Assembly: GCA_964384635.1 (NCBI GenBank)
Contig: CAYLMY010000004.1
Coordinates: forward strand, 1 to 46,313
DNA: 46,313 nt
Source of the DNA: an uncultured Undibacter sp.
GTDB lineage: Bacteria > Pseudomonadota > Alphaproteobacteria > Rhizobiales > Xanthobacteraceae
Direction of reading: 5' to 3'
The notes under the pieces are model-generated. The model ran no database searches. It saw only the letters and a list, made by a program, of their open reading frames with translations, and was not told the origin of the DNA. The first letter of the stretch is position 1. Each line of letters opens with the position of its first letter. Position numbers and translations under genes: made by a program. Of this stretch, positions 22,088-32,079 are shown in pieces.

Positions 22088-23428
22088 ATGTCGTATTTGT
22101 CCACTTCGTTTTATCCGACCTCCGAACATGCCGACCGAAATGCGCAGCCGCGCGCGCAATCGGCTGCCGCCGTCTCCCGCTACGTCCAGCGCACCCACGA
22201 CGACTACACGCTGGTGCACGCCGGGCGACAGGTCCGCATCGGGCCGATCGCGTTCTGGATCGTGGTCGGCACGCTGGTGGTGATGGCGGTGTGGTCGATC
22301 GCGACCGGAACCTATTTCGCCTTCCGCGAGGACGTGCTCACTCGGCTCATCGGGCGCCAAGCGCAGATGCAGTTCGCCTACGAGGACCGCATCGCCGAAT
22401 TGCGCGCGCAGGTCGACCGCATTACCAGCCGCCAGCTGCTCGACCAGGAGCAATTTGAACAAAGACTAAAGTCTTTGTTGCAACGACAGGCGACGCTCGA
22501 GCAGCGCACCAATGCACTCGCCGGCGACATGTTGACCACCGGCTCGATCGGTCCGACGCACCACGGGCCGCCGGCGCAGGCACCGGCTAAAAAACAGCTC
22601 AAGCCCTCCCCGATCAACGACACCGTGATCTTGGTTGCGCCGCCCGACCGCGAGGCGCGCCTTGAATCGCGCGAGCTGCCGGCAAGCACGACGCGTCTTG
22701 CGACCCGGAGCAATCCCGGCGGGTTCGAAGGTGTGCTGGCGCGCGTCTCCGCCGCGCTCGACAAGGTCGCGCATCGGCAGACCGCGGCACTCACTGACCT
22801 GGAAGAGCACGTCGATAGCAAGGCTCGGCGCATCCGCAGCGTGCTCAGCGATCTCGGCGTCGCTATCGCCAAGACGCCGGGCAATTCCGCCTTCGGTGGC
22901 CCGTTCGTTCCGGTCAAGCCGCCGAAACCCGGGGCGAGCGCCTTCGACCGCCAGCTTTACCGCATCAATCTCGCGCGCGCGCATATCGACCGCTACAAAC
23001 ACACGCTCCTTGCCGTGCCGGTGCGCAAGCCGGTCGGCGGCGAAGTCGACATGAGCTCGCCGTTCGGCGTGCGGACCGATCCGTTCAACGGGCGGCCGGC
23101 AATGCACACCGGCATCGACCTGCGTGGCGAGATCGGCGAAGCGGTGCACGCCACCGCCAACGGCAAGGTCTCGGTCGCCGGCCGCGAAGGCGGCTACGGC
23201 AACATGGTCGAAATCGACCACGGCAACGGCTTCTCCACCCGCTACGGACACCTGTCAGAAATCGACGTGAAGGTCGGCCAAAAGGTGCGCATCGGGGAGG
23301 TCATCGGCAAGATCGGCTCGACCGGCCGCTCCACCGGCCCGCACCTGCACTACGAGACGCGCATCAACAAGGAGCCGGTCAATCCGCAGAAATTTCTGCG
23401 CGCCGGCTTGCGCCTCGGCAGGGTCTGA
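22088..23428 (+). CDS. membrane-anchored M23 (LytM) peptidoglycan endopeptidase with coiled coil, LmdC-like
   Basis: N-terminal TM helix, coiled coil, and intact zinc motifs HTGID and HLHYE; also GYGN and YGHLS. Confidence 0.92.
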   Translation: MSYLSTSFYPTSEHADRNAQPRAQSAAAVSRYVQRTHDDYTLVHAGRQVRIGPIAFWIVVGTLVVMAVWSIATGTYFAFREDVLTRLIGRQAQMQFAYEDRIAELRAQVDRITSRQLLDQEQFEQRLKSLLQRQATLEQRTNALAGDMLTTGSIGPTHHGPPAQAPAKKQLKPSPINDTVILVAPPDREARLESRELPASTTRLATRSNPGGFEGVLARVSAALDKVAHRQTAALTDLEEHVDSKARRIRSVLSDLGVAIAKTPGNSAFGGPFVPVKPPKPGASAFDRQLYRINLARAHIDRYKHTLLAVPVRKPVGGEVDMSSPFGVRTDPFNGRPAMHTGIDLRGEIGEAVHATANGKVSVAGREGGYGNMVEIDHGNGFSTRYGHLSEIDVKVGQKVRIGEVIGKIGSTGRSTGPHLHYETRINKEPVNPQKFLRAGLRLGRV

Positions 23429-23494
23429 CCGCAGGCAGCGACGGTTGCAATCGGCGCCGGCCTATACGAGCCAAATTTTTCTCACTTGGCCGAG

Positions 23495-24626
<1,132 letters not shown>

Positions 24627-24715
24627 CGTGCAAGTCCTTGGCCGCCGCGGTGGCGTTTCGATTCCGTGTGACAGGGATTTAACGTCGCCGCCGCGCCGGC
24701 GCAACTCTCGAGCGC

Positions 24716-27169
24716 CTAGTACAACCCGCCGGTGCCCGAGCGCACGGCCCGGCCGGCGTCGGGCGGCACGTTGCCGAAGAAGCCGCCGCGGCGTTCGTCG
24801 CCATAGCCGACCACCGAATAGTTGTCGGGCGGCGCGGTGCCGGGCTTGAAGGCTTCCAGGATTACCCGCTCGCTGCCGGGCCCGGCGCGCGTGCCGGTCT
24901 TCAAATCGACGCGCACGAGCTTGATGCCGGGCGGCACGCGGAACGGCACCGGCGGCTTGCCGGCCAGCGCCTGTTTCAGGAATTCCCGTACCACTGGTGC
25001 CGCCACGCGGCCGCCGGTCATGCCGTGCCCGAGCGACTTCGGCTTGTCGAAGCCGACATAGACGCCGCACACGATATCGGGCGTGAAGCCGATGAACCAG
25101 GCGTCCTTGTAGTCGCTGGTGGTGCCGGTCTTGCCGGCCACCGGCCGGTTGAGGCTGCGCAACATGGTGCCGGTGCCGCGTAGCACCACGCCTTCCATCA
25201 GCGAGGTGATCTGGTAGGCGGTCATCGGATCGAGCACCTGCTCGCGCCGGTCGATCAGCGACGGCTCGGGCTGATCCGCCCATTTCTTGGCGTCGCAGCC
25301 GATGCATTCGCGCTGGTCGTGTCGATAGACGGTGTGGCCGTAGCGATCCTGGATGCGGTCGATCAGCGTCGGCTTCACGCGCCGGCCGCCATTGTCGATC
25401 ATGGCGTAGGCCGTGGCCATGCGCAGCAGCGTCGTCTCACCGGCGCCCAGCGCGAACGACAGATAGGGCGGCAGGCTGTCATAGACACCGAAGCGCCTGG
25501 CGTAATCGGCAATCAGCGGCATGCCAACGTCCTGCGCCAGCCGCACCGTCATCACATTGCGCGAATGCTCGAGGCCAAAGCGCAACGTCGACGGCCCGTA
25601 GAAATTGTTCTCATAGTTCTCCGGCTTCCATGTGGCGAGTCCCGGGCCCTGATCAATCTCGATCGGCGCGTCAAGAATGAGCGAAGACGGGGTATAGCCG
25701 TTGTCGAGCGCGGTCGCGTAGACGATCGGTTTGAACGAGGAACCCGGTTGGCGCAGCGCTTGCGTCGCGCGATTGAACTGGCTCTGGTCGTAGGAGAAGC
25801 CTCCGACCATGGCGAGCACGCGCCCGGTCCAGGGATCCTCCACCACCATCGCGCCGGAAACTAGCGGGACCTGGCGCAACCGGAATTGGCCGGTGTCGTT
25901 GCTCGGCTCCACATAGATCACGTCGCCGGGATCGAGCACCTGGCTGACCTTGCTCGGCGCGCGGCCCTTGACCTTGGCCCATTTCACGCCGTCGAGCGGG
26001 ATGATGCCGACGTCGCGCTCTTTGCTGACGTAGCCGCCCGGCTCGCGTCGGGGCTGCAAGCCGATGCGCGCCGACTTGTCGCCGACTTCCAGCACCACAG
26101 CCAGCCGCCAGGGCGAAACGTCCGTCAGCCCCTTGACCTCGGCGAGCTTGGGACCCCAGTCGGCGCTGACGTCGATCTTGCTGACCGGTCCGCGCCAGCC
26201 GTAGGCCTCGTCGTAGCGCACCAGCCCGTCGACCAGCGTCTTGCGCGCCAGCACCTGCAGCTTGGTGTCGAGCGTGGTGCGCACCGACAGGCCGCCTTCA
26301 TAGAGCTTCTTCTCGCCATAGCGGTCGTAGAGCTCGCGCCGCACTTCCTCGGCGAAGTATTCGGCCGAGAACATATGCGCGCCGGTCGGTTTTTGCGTCA
26401 CGCCGAGGGGGCTGCGCTTGGCCTTGTCGGCGACGGCGGTCGAGACGAAGCCATCCTGCGCCATCTGGTCGATCACCCAATTGCGCCGCTCGACCGCGCG
26501 TTCGCGCTGGCGGAACGGGTGATAATTGTTCGGCGCCTTCGGCAGCGCCGCCAGATAGGCGGCTTCCGGAATGGTGAGCTCGTTCACACCCTTGTCGAAA
26601 TAGATGAGCGAAGCGGCGGCGATGCCGTAGGCGCCGAGGCCGAGATAGATCTCGTTGAGGTAAAGCTCGATAATCTTGTCCTTCGAATAGGTGCGTTCGA
26701 TCTTGAGCGCCAGCAGTGCCTCCTTGATCTTGCGCGCAAAGGAAACCTCGTTCGACAACAAGAAGTTCTTGGCGACTTGTTGCGTGATGGTTGAGGCGCC
26801 CTGCGGGCGGCGGTTGGAGCCGTAGTTCTCCAGGTAATTGATCGCGGCGCGCGCGATGCCAATAAAATCGAGCCCGCCATGCTCGTAGAAGTTCTTATCC
26901 TCGGCGGCGAGGAAGGCATTGATCACCCTCTTCGGCACCGCCTGGATCGGAATGTACAGCCGGCGCTCCTTGGCGTATTCGGCAACCAGCGAACCGTCGG
27001 CCGCGTGCACCCGCGTCATCACCGGCGGCTCGTAGTCCTGCAATTGGGAATAGTCCGGCAGGTCCTTGGAGAAGTGCCACATCAGCCCAGCGACCGCGGC
27101 CACGCCCACCACGAACAAGATGGTGCCGGCGGCGAACAACAGGCCGAAGAAGCGGAGAATGAGCTTCAT
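24716..27169 (-). CDS. mrcA: penicillin-binding protein 1A
   Basis: Transglycosylase motifs AEDKNFYEHGG and GASTITQQVAKN; transpeptidase motifs SSFK, SRN and KTG. Start placed at ATG27169. Confidence 0.95.
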   Translation of the reverse strand: MKLILRFFGLLFAAGTILFVVGVAAVAGLMWHFSKDLPDYSQLQDYEPPVMTRVHAADGSLVAEYAKERRLYIPIQAVPKRVINAFLAAEDKNFYEHGGLDFIGIARAAINYLENYGSNRRPQGASTITQQVAKNFLLSNEVSFARKIKEALLALKIERTYSKDKIIELYLNEIYLGLGAYGIAAASLIYFDKGVNELTIPEAAYLAALPKAPNNYHPFRQRERAVERRNWVIDQMAQDGFVSTAVADKAKRSPLGVTQKPTGAHMFSAEYFAEEVRRELYDRYGEKKLYEGGLSVRTTLDTKLQVLARKTLVDGLVRYDEAYGWRGPVSKIDVSADWGPKLAEVKGLTDVSPWRLAVVLEVGDKSARIGLQPRREPGGYVSKERDVGIIPLDGVKWAKVKGRAPSKVSQVLDPGDVIYVEPSNDTGQFRLRQVPLVSGAMVVEDPWTGRVLAMVGGFSYDQSQFNRATQALRQPGSSFKPIVYATALDNGYTPSSLILDAPIEIDQGPGLATWKPENYENNFYGPSTLRFGLEHSRNVMTVRLAQDVGMPLIADYARRFGVYDSLPPYLSFALGAGETTLLRMATAYAMIDNGGRRVKPTLIDRIQDRYGHTVYRHDQRECIGCDAKKWADQPEPSLIDRREQVLDPMTAYQITSLMEGVVLRGTGTMLRSLNRPVAGKTGTTSDYKDAWFIGFTPDIVCGVYVGFDKPKSLGHGMTGGRVAAPVVREFLKQALAGKPPVPFRVPPGIKLVRVDLKTGTRAGPGSERVILEAFKPGTAPPDNYSVVGYGDERRGGFFGNVPPDAGRAVRSGTGGLY

Positions 27170-27235
27170 GCGCAAATGATCCGGATGGCCCGTGGTGGCC
27201 CGTTTTTATGTTGAAACTGAGGCCAGTAGCCCATC

Positions 27236-28492
27236 TCAACGCGCCCCCATGCTGGCGCCCACCAGGCGCCGCGCGAAGAAATCGTCGACCGCCTGCGCCA
27301 TCGCCTGCGCCGTGCTCGCCTGCCACGCCGGCGAGGTCAGGTTCTTGAGATCCCGCCGGGTCGACATGTAGCCCAGTTCCACCAGCACCGAGGGCACGTC
27401 CGGCGCCTTCAGCACGATGAAGCCCGCCGACTTAACCGGGCGAAGGTGTAGCGGCGCCGTTGGCTTGATGTCAGTCACCAGGGCGCGCGCGAACTGCACC
27501 GAGAAGGTCTTGGTCTCGCGCTGGGCAAGATCGATCAGGATGCTGGCGACGTCGTTGGGCTCGGAGCTCAAGTCCACGCCGGCGATCACGTCCGACTTGT
27601 TTTCCTTCTCGGCGAGCTTGGCGGCTTCGGTGTCGGAGGCGTGCTCGGAGAGCGTATAGACGCTTGCCCCTTCCGCCCGCCCCTCGCTGCGCGGCACCGA
27701 GTCGGCATGAATTGAGATGAACAATCCCGCTTTGCGCTCGCGCGCGAATTGCACGCGCCCGGTGAGCGGAATGAAGGTGTCATCGCTGCGCGTCATCGCC
27801 ACCCGGAACTTGCCGCTGCGCTCGAGCGCCTGGCGCAGCTTGAGGCCGAAGGCAAGCACGATGTCCTTTTCGTCCTGCCCGTCGAGGCCCTTGGTGCCGC
27901 TGTCAATGCCGCCATGGCCGGGATCGATCACCACCAGCGGGCGCGGATCGTTGTCGGTATGCCGCGACACGTCGCTCTTGCGGGTGGCGAGGTGACGCGG
28001 CCGGGCGTTGACTTCGATATTGTGCAGGAAGCTGTCGCGGTCGGTGGGCGTAAGATCGAGCACCAGCCGTGCCGGCTGGCCGTCGACGGCGGCAAGCACG
28101 AAGGCCTTCTCCACGCGCACCGGCCCCTTGGTGTCGAGCACGATACGCGAGCCGCCCTGCATGATCAGGCCGTAGCGGAAGGCCTTGACCAGGCCGCGGC
28201 CGTGCTCGCCGGCATGCGCCGGCAGCTGGAAGGCGACCTGCGGCAGGTCGACCACCACGCGGTAAGGGTCAGCGAGCGTGAAGGCGGCGATGTCAATCTT
28301 GCGGTTGAGATCGAGCACTAAGCGGGTCTGCTTGTCGTCGCCACCGAGCCGCACATCGGTTGCCACCGGCGCCGATTCTGTCGGCGGCGCCAGCGTGCGC
28401 ACGGCATAGCCATGCTCGGCGGCCAGGGCCGCCGGCTGAACGAGCAGAACCACTCCCAAGGCACAGGCTACGGCAAGCGCGCGCAATGTCAC
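27236..28492 (-). CDS. amiC: N-acetylmuramoyl-L-alanine amidase (AMIN + Amidase_3)
   Basis: Signal peptide, AMIN-like region, IDPGHGG-x-D-x-G, EK, FISIHADS and PSVLVELGY. GTG28492 chosen because AAAGGGG lies upstream; start uncertain. Confidence 0.9.
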   Translation of the reverse strand: MTLRALAVACALGVVLLVQPAALAAEHGYAVRTLAPPTESAPVATDVRLGGDDKQTRLVLDLNRKIDIAAFTLADPYRVVVDLPQVAFQLPAHAGEHGRGLVKAFRYGLIMQGGSRIVLDTKGPVRVEKAFVLAAVDGQPARLVLDLTPTDRDSFLHNIEVNARPRHLATRKSDVSRHTDNDPRPLVVIDPGHGGIDSGTKGLDGQDEKDIVLAFGLKLRQALERSGKFRVAMTRSDDTFIPLTGRVQFARERKAGLFISIHADSVPRSEGRAEGASVYTLSEHASDTEAAKLAEKENKSDVIAGVDLSSEPNDVASILIDLAQRETKTFSVQFARALVTDIKPTAPLHLRPVKSAGFIVLKAPDVPSVLVELGYMSTRRDLKNLTSPAWQASTAQAMAQAVDDFFARRLVGASMGAR

Positions 28493-28604
28493 GATTCCGG
28501 ACCCCTTTAATGGCCCTTTTACTCCATTAGGGCTGCTTCGGTTAACGGAACTTGACCGGCGGGGGCGGTTCGTCGCCGCGGTGTGGCCGGCCTGCACAGG
28601 CTCC

Positions 28605-28633
28605 TTGCCATCAAGGGGTTAGCGCCGTATGTA
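28605..28633 (+). promoter_or_regulatory. candidate sigma70 promoter of rne
   Basis: TTGCCA (28605-28610)-N17-TATGTA (28628-28633), about 450 bp upstream of the rne ATG. Confidence 0.5.
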
Positions 28634-29086
28634 GGGTCTGCTGACGGTCAAGTTCCGATTGTGCCGCGTTCGGGTGCCAGGCACGCTTTGGTCCAGGATC
28701 GCCCCCTCGAGGAAGGCCGGCGGACGGACGAGCGAAACGCGCCGAAACCCAAAGTGAAGGACAGTCGGATCAGCGCGCGGCCAGCTTCGCCGCCCGCATT
28801 TTGAGGCCGCCAGCGACGAGAAACCTGGGCTTGCGCTTCGACTAGCGCAGCCACAGCGCCACGGGTCGCAATTTCATGCTGCCGACGACGCAGCAAGGGC
28901 AATTCGAGGTCCACCGCTCTCGCGAGAATTTCGTGACGGCGCGCTTTGCTACGGGCCTTGCCGAGCTTTCGCGTGAAAACGCGCCCCTTTCCTTCAACAC
29001 CAATCTGGCGGACTGCCCCACGCGCCGGCTTGCGGCATCTATGTCGCGCGAGCACGCGGGGGCCTCCGCCCCAGTGAGATTCTCAA

Positions 29087-32047
29087 ATGCCCGACAAAAT
29101 GCTGATCGATGCGGCCCACCCGGAAGAAACCCGGGTCGTGGTCATGCGTGGCAACCGCGTCGAAGAATTCGACTTCGAGAGCGCCAACCGCAAACAGCTT
29201 CGCGGTAACATCTATCTCGCCAAGGTCACGCGGGTAGAGCCGTCCTTACAGGCAGCCTTTGTCGATTACGGCGGCAACCGTCATGGTTTCCTGGCGTTTT
29301 CGGAAATCCATCCCGACTACTACCAGATCCCGGTCGCCGACCGGCAGGCGCTGATCGCCGAGGAGGAGCGCGCCCAGCGCGCCGCCGACGCCGATGCCGA
29401 CAACCGCGCCGGACGGCGCGGCCGCGGCGCCCGCAATCGTCACCGCGGCGCCGGACGCCGGCGTGACGTCAAGCGCAGCGAGCCGTTGGCAGAAGCGGAA
29501 GAAGAAGCGGCGCGCGAAGCCGCCGAGCTTGCGGCGGGCGAAGCAAGCCTCAGCGACCCGACGTCCGACGAGATCGTCGAAACCACCGACGTTGCCGGCG
29601 CGCCCGAGCCCGCGCCGTCTAGCCCTGAGTTCGCCGCCGAGGAACAGGCGCGCGAAGAGGCCGAAATCCCGTCCGGCGAAGAAACGGTCGAGGCGGCGCC
29701 GACGCCGCAAGAGAGCGAAGAACAAGAGAACGAAGAGGAAGCCGGCGAGCAATCTGCCTTCGACGCTGCTGAAAAGCCGGAAGGCGGCGAATATCATGCC
29801 GAAACCGGCGATCATTTGCCGGTGGAGGCCGCGGCCGAGGAAACGACAATTGAGGCGGAAGCCGATCGCGGCGACGGCAACGGCAACGGCGAAGACCACG
29901 GCGAGGAAGAGGCCGTGGAATCCGTCGGCGGCGCCGACGCGCTCGAAGAGGTGCAGGAGCGGCTGCCCCGCTTCCGCCGCCAGTACAAGATTCAAGAGGT
30001 GATCAAGCGTCGGCAGGTGATGCTGGTGCAGGTGGTCAAGGAAGAGCGCGGCACCAAGGGCGCGGCGCTGACGACTTACCTTTCGCTCGCCGGCCGCTAT
30101 TCGGTGCTGATGCCCAACACCGCGCGCGGCGGCGGCATCTCGCGCAAGATCACCAGCGCGGAAGACCGCGGCCGCCTGAAGGAAATCGCGCAGGAGCTGG
30201 AAGTGCCGGAAGGCATGGGCGTGATCCTGCGCACCGCCGGCGCCAGCCGCACCAAAACGGAAGTCAAGCGCGACTTCGAATATCTGCTGCGGCTGTGGGA
30301 GACGGTGCGCGACCTCACGCTCAAATCGACCGCGCCTAAGCTGGTCTACGAGGAAGGCTCGCTGGTCAAGCGCTCGATCCGCGATCTCTACAACAAGGAC
30401 ATCGACGAGATCGTCGTCGCCGGCGACGAGGGCCACAAGGAAGCCCGCGACTTCATGCGCATGCTGATGCCGAGCCACGTCAAGCACGTAAAGCTCTACA
30501 AGGACACGCAGCCGCTGTTCACCCGCTACGGGATCGAGAGCCAGCTCGACGCCATGTTCTCGCCGGTGGTGCAGCTGCGCTCCGGCGGTTACATCGTGAT
30601 TAATCAAGCCGAAGCACTGGTGGCGATTGACGTGAACTCAGGGCGCGCCACGCGCGAGCACCATATCGAGGACACCGCGCTCAAGACCAATGGCGAGGCG
30701 GCCGAGGAAATCGCGCGGCAATTGCGCTTGCGCGATCTCGCGGGCCTGATCGTCATCGACTTCATCGACATGGACGAGACCCGCAACAACCGCACGGTGG
30801 AGCGGCGTCTCAAGGAGGCGCTCAAGTACGACCGCGCGCGCATCCAGGTCGGCCGCATCTCGCATTTCGGCCTGCTGGAAATGTCGCGCCAGCGCATCCG
30901 TTCTTCGGTGCTGGAGTCTTCGACCGAGAAATGTCCGGTCTGCGGCGGCTCCGGCCACGTGCGCTCGGTGTCCTCGGTGGCGCTGCAATGCTTGCGCGCG
31001 ATCGAGGAGATGCTGATCAAGGGCGCCACCCATAATCTGATCGTGCGCACGCGCTCGGAAGTCGCGCTCTATGTGCTCAACCACAAGCGCGCGCACTTAC
31101 GCGGGTTGGAGGAACGCTTCCGCGTCATCCTCACCATCTCGGCCGATCCGACCGTGACCGGCCAGCAGTCCTACATCATCGACCGCGGCGAGCAGGTGCA
31201 TTCGCTGGAAGTGGCCAAGAGCCTGGCGGCGGCCGCGCGCGCCGAAATGCCGGTCGAGGAAGAAGTCGAGGCGGAGGCGGAAGGCGCCGAAGAGACGGCC
31301 GAACTCGCAGCCGAAGAAGGAACGGCGCCTAGCGAAGCCGAGCGCGAAGGCAGCCACCGCAAGCGCCGCCGGCGCGGGCGTGGCCGCGGCCGCGGCGAGC
31401 CGCGCGAAGGCGAGCAGGCCTTCACCCACGAGACCGCCGCCGAGCACGCGATCGCCCACGAAGATCACGACGCCGGCTCGCCCGAGGAGGACACCACCGG
31501 CGAACCGGCCGAGGGTCAGGGTGCGGAAGGCAGCGAGCCGCGCGAAGGCCGCCGCCGCCGGCGCGGCCGCCGTGGTGGACGCCGCAACCGGCGCCGCACC
31601 AACGGCAACGGCGAAGCGCCGTTCCAAGCCGATACGCCGTTCCAGAACAATGACACCGGTCCCGAACCCGAATTGGAGCATGCGGTCGAGGATCTCGACC
31701 GTCCGCCGACGCCGTTCGAAGGCAGCGGAGTCGGGCAGCAATTGCACGCGGGCGCGGATTTCCCACCGGTCAGCGAGGAGGACGCGGACGCCATGGCACC
31801 GCCCTTCGATCGGCAGCCCGAGGCCGCCCCGGCGGGTACTGCGGTGCCAGCCGAGGCCGAACCTTCGCGCGAGCCGCCGCGGCGGCGCTCGACCGTGCGC
31901 GAGCCGGCGCCCTTCGGCGCTGAGGCCCCGCCGCCCTCGCCGACCCTGCCGCCGCCAACCCCGGTGATCTCCAGCACCGCCAGCGAAGAGAGCGGCACGC
32001 CCAAGCGCGGCTGGTGGGCAAAGCGGATTATGGGCGACAAGGACTAG
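29087..32047 (+). CDS. rne: ribonuclease E
   Basis: MLIDA-x-HPEETRV, GNIYLAKVTRVEPSLQAAF, IDVNSG, DFIDM and the CPVC Zn-link. Acidic insertion in the S1 domain; disordered C-terminus ending KRGWW. Confidence 0.97.
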   Translation: MPDKMLIDAAHPEETRVVVMRGNRVEEFDFESANRKQLRGNIYLAKVTRVEPSLQAAFVDYGGNRHGFLAFSEIHPDYYQIPVADRQALIAEEERAQRAADADADNRAGRRGRGARNRHRGAGRRRDVKRSEPLAEAEEEAAREAAELAAGEASLSDPTSDEIVETTDVAGAPEPAPSSPEFAAEEQAREEAEIPSGEETVEAAPTPQESEEQENEEEAGEQSAFDAAEKPEGGEYHAETGDHLPVEAAAEETTIEAEADRGDGNGNGEDHGEEEAVESVGGADALEEVQERLPRFRRQYKIQEVIKRRQVMLVQVVKEERGTKGAALTTYLSLAGRYSVLMPNTARGGGISRKITSAEDRGRLKEIAQELEVPEGMGVILRTAGASRTKTEVKRDFEYLLRLWETVRDLTLKSTAPKLVYEEGSLVKRSIRDLYNKDIDEIVVAGDEGHKEARDFMRMLMPSHVKHVKLYKDTQPLFTRYGIESQLDAMFSPVVQLRSGGYIVINQAEALVAIDVNSGRATREHHIEDTALKTNGEAAEEIARQLRLRDLAGLIVIDFIDMDETRNNRTVERRLKEALKYDRARIQVGRISHFGLLEMSRQRIRSSVLESSTEKCPVCGGSGHVRSVSSVALQCLRAIEEMLIKGATHNLIVRTRSEVALYVLNHKRAHLRGLEERFRVILTISADPTVTGQQSYIIDRGEQVHSLEVAKSLAAAARAEMPVEEEVEAEAEGAEETAELAAEEGTAPSEAEREGSHRKRRRRGRGRGRGEPREGEQAFTHETAAEHAIAHEDHDAGSPEEDTTGEPAEGQGAEGSEPREGRRRRRGRRGGRRNRRRTNGNGEAPFQADTPFQNNDTGPEPELEHAVEDLDRPPTPFEGSGVGQQLHAGADFPPVSEEDADAMAPPFDRQPEAAPAGTAVPAEAEPSREPPRRRSTVREPAPFGAEAPPPSPTLPPPTPVISSTASEESGTPKRGWWAKRIMGDKD

Positions 32048-32079
32048 CGCATGATTCCGGGATTCATGCGCCGCCCAAA

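Noticed and set aside
24627-25307. 250-aa minus-strand ORF ending at the prfB frameshift
   Set aside because: Only the last 23 codons are RF2; the upstream part is an alternative frame of mrcA plus the spacer.
27194-27217. TTATGTTGAAA resembling a XerD arm of dif
   Set aside because: No correctly spaced XerC arm, and it sits in a short intra-operon spacer.
28648-29208. ORFs in the amiC-rne spacer (28648-29055 minus, 28876-29208 plus)
   Set aside because: No recognisable motifs or convincing SD, and one overlaps rne out of frame; more simply explained as an untranslated leader.
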